DNA of 63,452 bases, counting the filler, from Rhabdomonas costata (lineage: Eukaryota), in NCBI GenBank assembly GCA_019059605.1. It is 50 parts of 50 records of this genome, joined end to end, with 100 filler letters (N's around TTAATTAATTAA, not from the genome) between each part and the next. Parts side by side here need not be neighbours in the genome. Positions count along the whole stretch, not along the records: positions 58,470 to 59,639 come from JAHMHO010025184.1; positions 59,740 to 60,910 come from JAHMHO010025185.1; positions 61,011 to 62,182 come from JAHMHO010025186.1; positions 62,283 to 63,452 come from JAHMHO010025187.1; 46 more parts are not named here. One strand, given 5' to 3'. Both the position numbers and the translations under genes were made by a program. Every line of letters begins with the position of its first letter. The stretch's first letter is position 1. Under the pieces are notes generated by a model. It did not search any database. It was not told the origin of the DNA and saw only the letters and a list, made by a program, of their open reading frames with translations. This document shows positions 58,981-63,452 of the stretch, one piece after another.

Positions 58981-61900
58981 GGCGGTGGGCCGTTCACCCG
59001 CCGAAGTCCTAAATCGTCACACTGGGCAAAAACAGGCCGGCAGGGTTGTTTTAAGGCATGGTTAACCCGAAGGACACATTTTCATCGAAAAGGGATGATG
59101 GTTGGACGTCGTGGTTAAACTGGAGTTTAGAGGGCAATGCTGAGCACGGCAGATTCCTTGCGCAAGCGCCAAGAGAACGGAAATTCCATCTGAATATCAA
59201 AAGATTTTGAAACCACAAGATGCCCAGTGTGCGCGTACAGCACACTCTGGCACGCTTGAACGCGTGATGGTCTCGAGCGAGGGAAAAGGCAGATAAAAAG
59301 GGAGGGCTGAAGCAAGAGCTCGTTTCTCCCCCTGGGAAGGGAGAAAGAATCAGTAAACTTGTCCGCTGGCTGAATGTACAGGTACAACCCAACAACTTCA
59401 ATTCACAACACTGCCACAACAACAAAACCCTCACCGGGCATGCACCCGCAAGATTTATGGACAAAACAAGAAGATGGGCCTCTAGGGAAAAGGGAAGCGT
59501 TCCGGCACCCCCAGGCTCCCGAGCGAGTCAACCAGCACAGGCCACAGGAGTCAGGCATCGCAAAGCCTAATGAAGAAGGGCATGCGTCAGTGTGTGTCAC
59601 CCAAAACAAACATACATACACTGTCCGTGCTGATTATTTNNNNNNNNNNNNNNNNNNNNNNNNNNNNNNNNNNNNNNNNNNNNTTAATTAATTAANNNNN
59701 NNNNNNNNNNNNNNNNNNNNNNNNNNNNNNNNNNNNNNNAATATTTCTGGAAGGCAATGCGCTTTTACTCAACACAACCCATCCATCTATCGTTGGCAAA
59801 GTTTCCATAAATTACTGACGTTTTAGCAGAATAACTCACCCGCGGGTGGAAAACGGAAAAAGGCCATCACAGAGAAGCGCACTGAAGTCAAACAGTGGGG
59901 CAAGGGGGTAATACAAAGGAGAGGAGGAGGAAAATAAAGCACCCCGAGGTATGACATGCAATGAACGTTGTTTCTTGTTTTTTGCACGACGTTCTATGGC
60001 ATGCAATCAACGTTGTTTATTGCTTTCTTTTGTCATTGTGTTTTTGTACAGGTTCTAGGCGAGCGGAGGTTACGGCCCCACCTGCGGCGTCCACCAAAGC
60101 GAAGACGCCTTCCTTTTCACTTCGGTTCGCTCTTGGCCGCCATTCCTCGGTTTTTCTCCCACGATAAATCGCCCCGCTTCGTAACCCTGAGAGCAGAACT
60201 CTCCCAGTTCGGAATTTCCAGCCAGTGTGGGGGTGTTCACTTTTCGCCGCCTTAATGCGTTGCACTTGCTTCCCCTGGTCATGATGGTGTTGCGGTGGAT
60301 TCGGCGACGGCGTGCTTGTGTTGGATTGATTAGGAATGGATGAGCTGTTTGAGTTAGGATGAACGTTTTGGAAGGTTGCGATGGGCAGTGAATTTTCAGC
60401 AGCGCAAAACGTTGGTCAGATGCTTTTCTTATAGGACCATTCCCATTGTTCTTTTCAGGTGAAGGGAGACTGTTTTTCGAAGGCAAGCCAGCGATCGCTG
60501 TGGCGCTTTTGTTTCGGCTTACTTTGCTGATGCGCTCTCTCTCTTTGCCATTATATGCATTCCTCTCTGGGAGTCAGAGCCCGGGGGTCTGGCCCTTATT
60601 TTTGACCAGCAACATCTCTTGTTGACGTTAGTGGGCTAACCCTTCATCTCTCTCTTAATCGGATTCGGTGGGGCTCAGTCCTACTGACTACATATCGCTG
60701 AGGAGGTCAGTGAGGCAGGCCTTTTCGGCGGAGTCGTTTGCCACTTTATGGACAGGGTGTGCGGATTGGAGAACTTAATGTGCGGATGCACCCCACCACG
60801 TATTGAGCTGGCTTTCGCCAAGCCGAGTGCGAGTGCGGCGGTTCAGAGCTGGGGGGGGGGGTTGTGTCCCAAGTGATTTCTTTTCTTCTCCTGCACCTTG
60901 CAGCCTGCACNNNNNNNNNNNNNNNNNNNNNNNNNNNNNNNNNNNNNNNNNNNNTTAATTAATTAANNNNNNNNNNNNNNNNNNNNNNNNNNNNNNNNNN
61001 NNNNNNNNNNGTTGGGGGTTCATCAAGCCTCATTGCTCAGCGTCTATGTCAATCAATTTCTGTCAAGGCTAATTGATACTTGCACAGACTGTTTCGCCGG
61101 TGCGGTAATCTTGTCCAAGTGGAAACGGTCCTTGCATAAAAGCTTTCAGCTCTTCCGGAGCAAAAAAAAAATAGACGCTGAGCAATGAGGCTTGATGAAC
61201 CCGCAGAGCCCGTGTTTGGGCTGAAACTTGTTCACCACTCGATTCCCAAATGAAGAGCGTCATTCGCTGAAAAAGGAGGAGGGTATCCCAAGCACGCGCT
61301 AGCCAGCACCCCCGCCCCTCCACACACGAACACACTATTTGCACAAGTTCGTTCGCAGTTTTCCTCTGACGGGCTTCTGATCGATCCTCCCGCCTCCGCG
61401 GAAACAAACATACACACAGTTTTCATTATACTTGGGATGGTGACGGCTCAATACCACCGACGCTGTCATCGGTGGAGCTGCCACGACCGGAATCCACAGC
61501 AGCCATTTGCCGCGTGTACAAGGACAGGAACAGAAAAAGCAGCAGAAAAGCGCACCAAAAAAAAGAGGGGTCGTATGGTGGTGGTGGTGGTGGTGGGTGG
61601 TGGTAGTGGTGGGGCGAGCCGCAGAGCCCAAAAGTAACGCCCCTCGACTGAGGGTAGTGACCACAGTGACCACAAGAAGGCACAGGAGTGTGTGAGAAAA
61701 GCTTAAAGTTCTGAAGGTCAAAACAGAAGGAATAAGTCTTTTCTTTTGCAAAACTACGGAGCGAAGCCGAAGCAGGGCTCTTCTGTTTCAGATGCAATTT
61801 CTTGGCCCACCTCAGCAGAGGGTTTCTCGATATACAGCCGCCTCCAGTCCTCAACGTATAACCGCCGCGCAGCCAAATGACTTGCGGCGCCCGCTGGTGC

Positions 61901-62134
61901 TTTCCTTTCTTTGTGACGGTTACCATTACGCTTAAGAAACGCACTGGCAACCCAAGTGCACACTGAGTGCAACGTGAAATGCATCATAATGCAAATGCAT
62001 CATATGCACTAAACTCTCCACACAATTCCCACACTGCTCACCCACCCACCCACACATGCACTCAAAGGTGAACTATGGGCTTCCGCAACCCCAGACCCTC
62101 AGGAAGTTCGGCACGGAGCGACCTCCAAATCAAA

Positions 62135-62175
<41 letters not shown>

Positions 62176-62795
62176 GCCCAGTNNNNNNNNNNNNNNNNNN
62201 NNNNNNNNNNNNNNNNNNNNNNNNNNTTAATTAATTAANNNNNNNNNNNNNNNNNNNNNNNNNNNNNNNNNNNNNNNNNNNNCTGGGTGTCATGTTTCAG
62301 CTCTTCCCTGTCAGTGAGCTCCAAAAGGAACTCCTGTGTCCCCCGTTTTTTCTGAATCGTTTTTCTTTGGGATGTCACTTCCATCGCCTTCCATGGAAGC
62401 CTGTCATTCAGGCCCCCTGAGGTTTATTCCGCTACAGGTTTCACACTGTTTCATGATTGATTCATGATGACAAATGCCTTTTCGACAACTGACGCCGCGG
62501 GCACAGGGTCACAACAAAAAAACGAGGCTTCACTTCAAGCCAACGATTTCCACAATTTCCAACCAAAAGTACTTGGCCCCGATCCACCGGGAAATAAAAC
62601 TTAACATATCAGAAATCGTGGGGACGAAGTCCTTTTTGTCAATGCTTTTTCTTTGCAATATTTTGCAACAGGAACAAAACGTGCATTAGAAATGAATTTT
62701 CTCTTTCTTGCAACGCGCCACGTTAGCACGCATTCGGCGTTGGGCATGTGGAGGGTAGGAGGGGGTGTAAGGCGGTGCCAGATGGGAGCTGCAAC

Positions 62796-62958
62796 CTGAA
62801 CTGCGGAGCACAAAGCTCGCGCCCACGAAGTTGTAGTTGTCCGCGCAGGTGTAGGCGTGAACACCGATGATGGCGTCCCCCGCGGGGACTCCGAAGGAGC
62901 CCAGCGACAGGTCGCCTCCCCCGTGGCGGACGGGCATAAGCGAGCCGTCATATTGCAC
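62796..62958 (-). CDS. Exon, possibly a jacalin-like lectin domain
   Basis: VQYDG..VRHGG..SFGVPAGDAIIGVHAY..FVGASFVLRSSG; TAG/GT boundaries. Confidence 0.65.
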
Positions 62959-63146
62959 CTAGCTCCCCCCCCCCCCGAATGTACCACCCTCTAACTGAGT
63001 TGGGAAAAAAATGCAAATTGGAGAGACCAAAATGATATACAAATATGAAAAAAAAGCATTTCAAGCCAAATTTTCAGCCGGGTCCTTTTTGTCATCGACA
63101 CAAAAACGTACTATAAGCGCAAACGAAAGAAGGTTTTCCATATGCT

Positions 63147-63177
63147 TCATTCATTCATTCATTCATTCATTCATTCA
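63147..63177. repeat. (TTCA)n microsatellite
   Basis: Direct reading. Confidence 0.9.
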
Positions 63178-63452
63178 GCAGCAAGCACAGGCGGTGACAG
63201 CCGTGGATACCGTGGATAAATCAGGTCTGGAAGGAAAATGCAAACTGGGGTTTAAAAAGCGGTCAAAATGGGATGCAAAACCTTGCAAAAGTGCATTTCA
63301 CGCCAAGAGTTTCGGAGGGTTGATAAAGCAAAAAAATTCTCGCACAATTTCCAGGCGGCACTTCGCAGGTTGCACTTTTTTCCCAGCCCTTTCGCCCGTC
63401 ACCCCCCGTTCTCACCCAGGGGAGCAGTATTCACTTTTTTCCCAGCCCTTTC

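Noticed and set aside
1173-62282. Regularly spaced TTAATTAATTAA repeats (CRISPR-like or satellite periodicity) and ORFs ending in X..LIN
   Set aside because: Artificial six-frame-stop linkers inside N runs; adjacency between contigs carries no biological meaning
1-63452. Spliced-leader RNA, rRNA, complete tRNA, CRISPR arrays, prokaryotic operons and clear non-conventional euglenid introns
   Set aside because: None recognised by eye; every well-supported exon pair uses GT/GC-AG boundaries

Overview
This window is not one locus. It is 50 unrelated contigs of about 1.17 kb, joined by 49 identical 100-nt artificial spacers (44 N + TTAATTAATTAA + 44 N). The source is an intron-rich microbial eukaryote: GC3-rich exons with AG/GT(GC) boundaries and a flagellar CFAP57 gene. 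A euglenozoan such as a euglenid is my inference, not proven. G/T-only contig starts, C/A-only contig ends and terminal fold-backs suggest whole-genome-amplified DNA. Recognisable genes: Sec23, an ammonium transporter, adenosine kinase, CFAP57, a SET-domain protein, an F-box protein, a dienelactone hydrolase, an ankyrin protein, a DMT/EamA transporter, a Cache-TM-HAMP receptor and several Cys-rich surface proteins. Mobile DNA: a CRE-like LINE RT, Ty3/gypsy gag and pol, a Penelope-like (Naiad/Chlamys-type) RT, a fold-back repeat and an unknown repeat shared by two contigs. Most notable observations: (1) an AT-rich virus-like contig with zinc-finger ORFs and a hairpin between convergent stops; (2) recurrent poly-G tracts replacing the polypyrimidine tract at 3' splice sites; (3) internal exons on opposite strands of the same contig, implying interleaved genes; (4) frequent GC donors and a Sec23 intron flanked by a 9-nt direct repeat; (5) contig 1 appears to read naturally only as its unreversed complement. 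All family assignments are motif recognition by eye; no searches were run.
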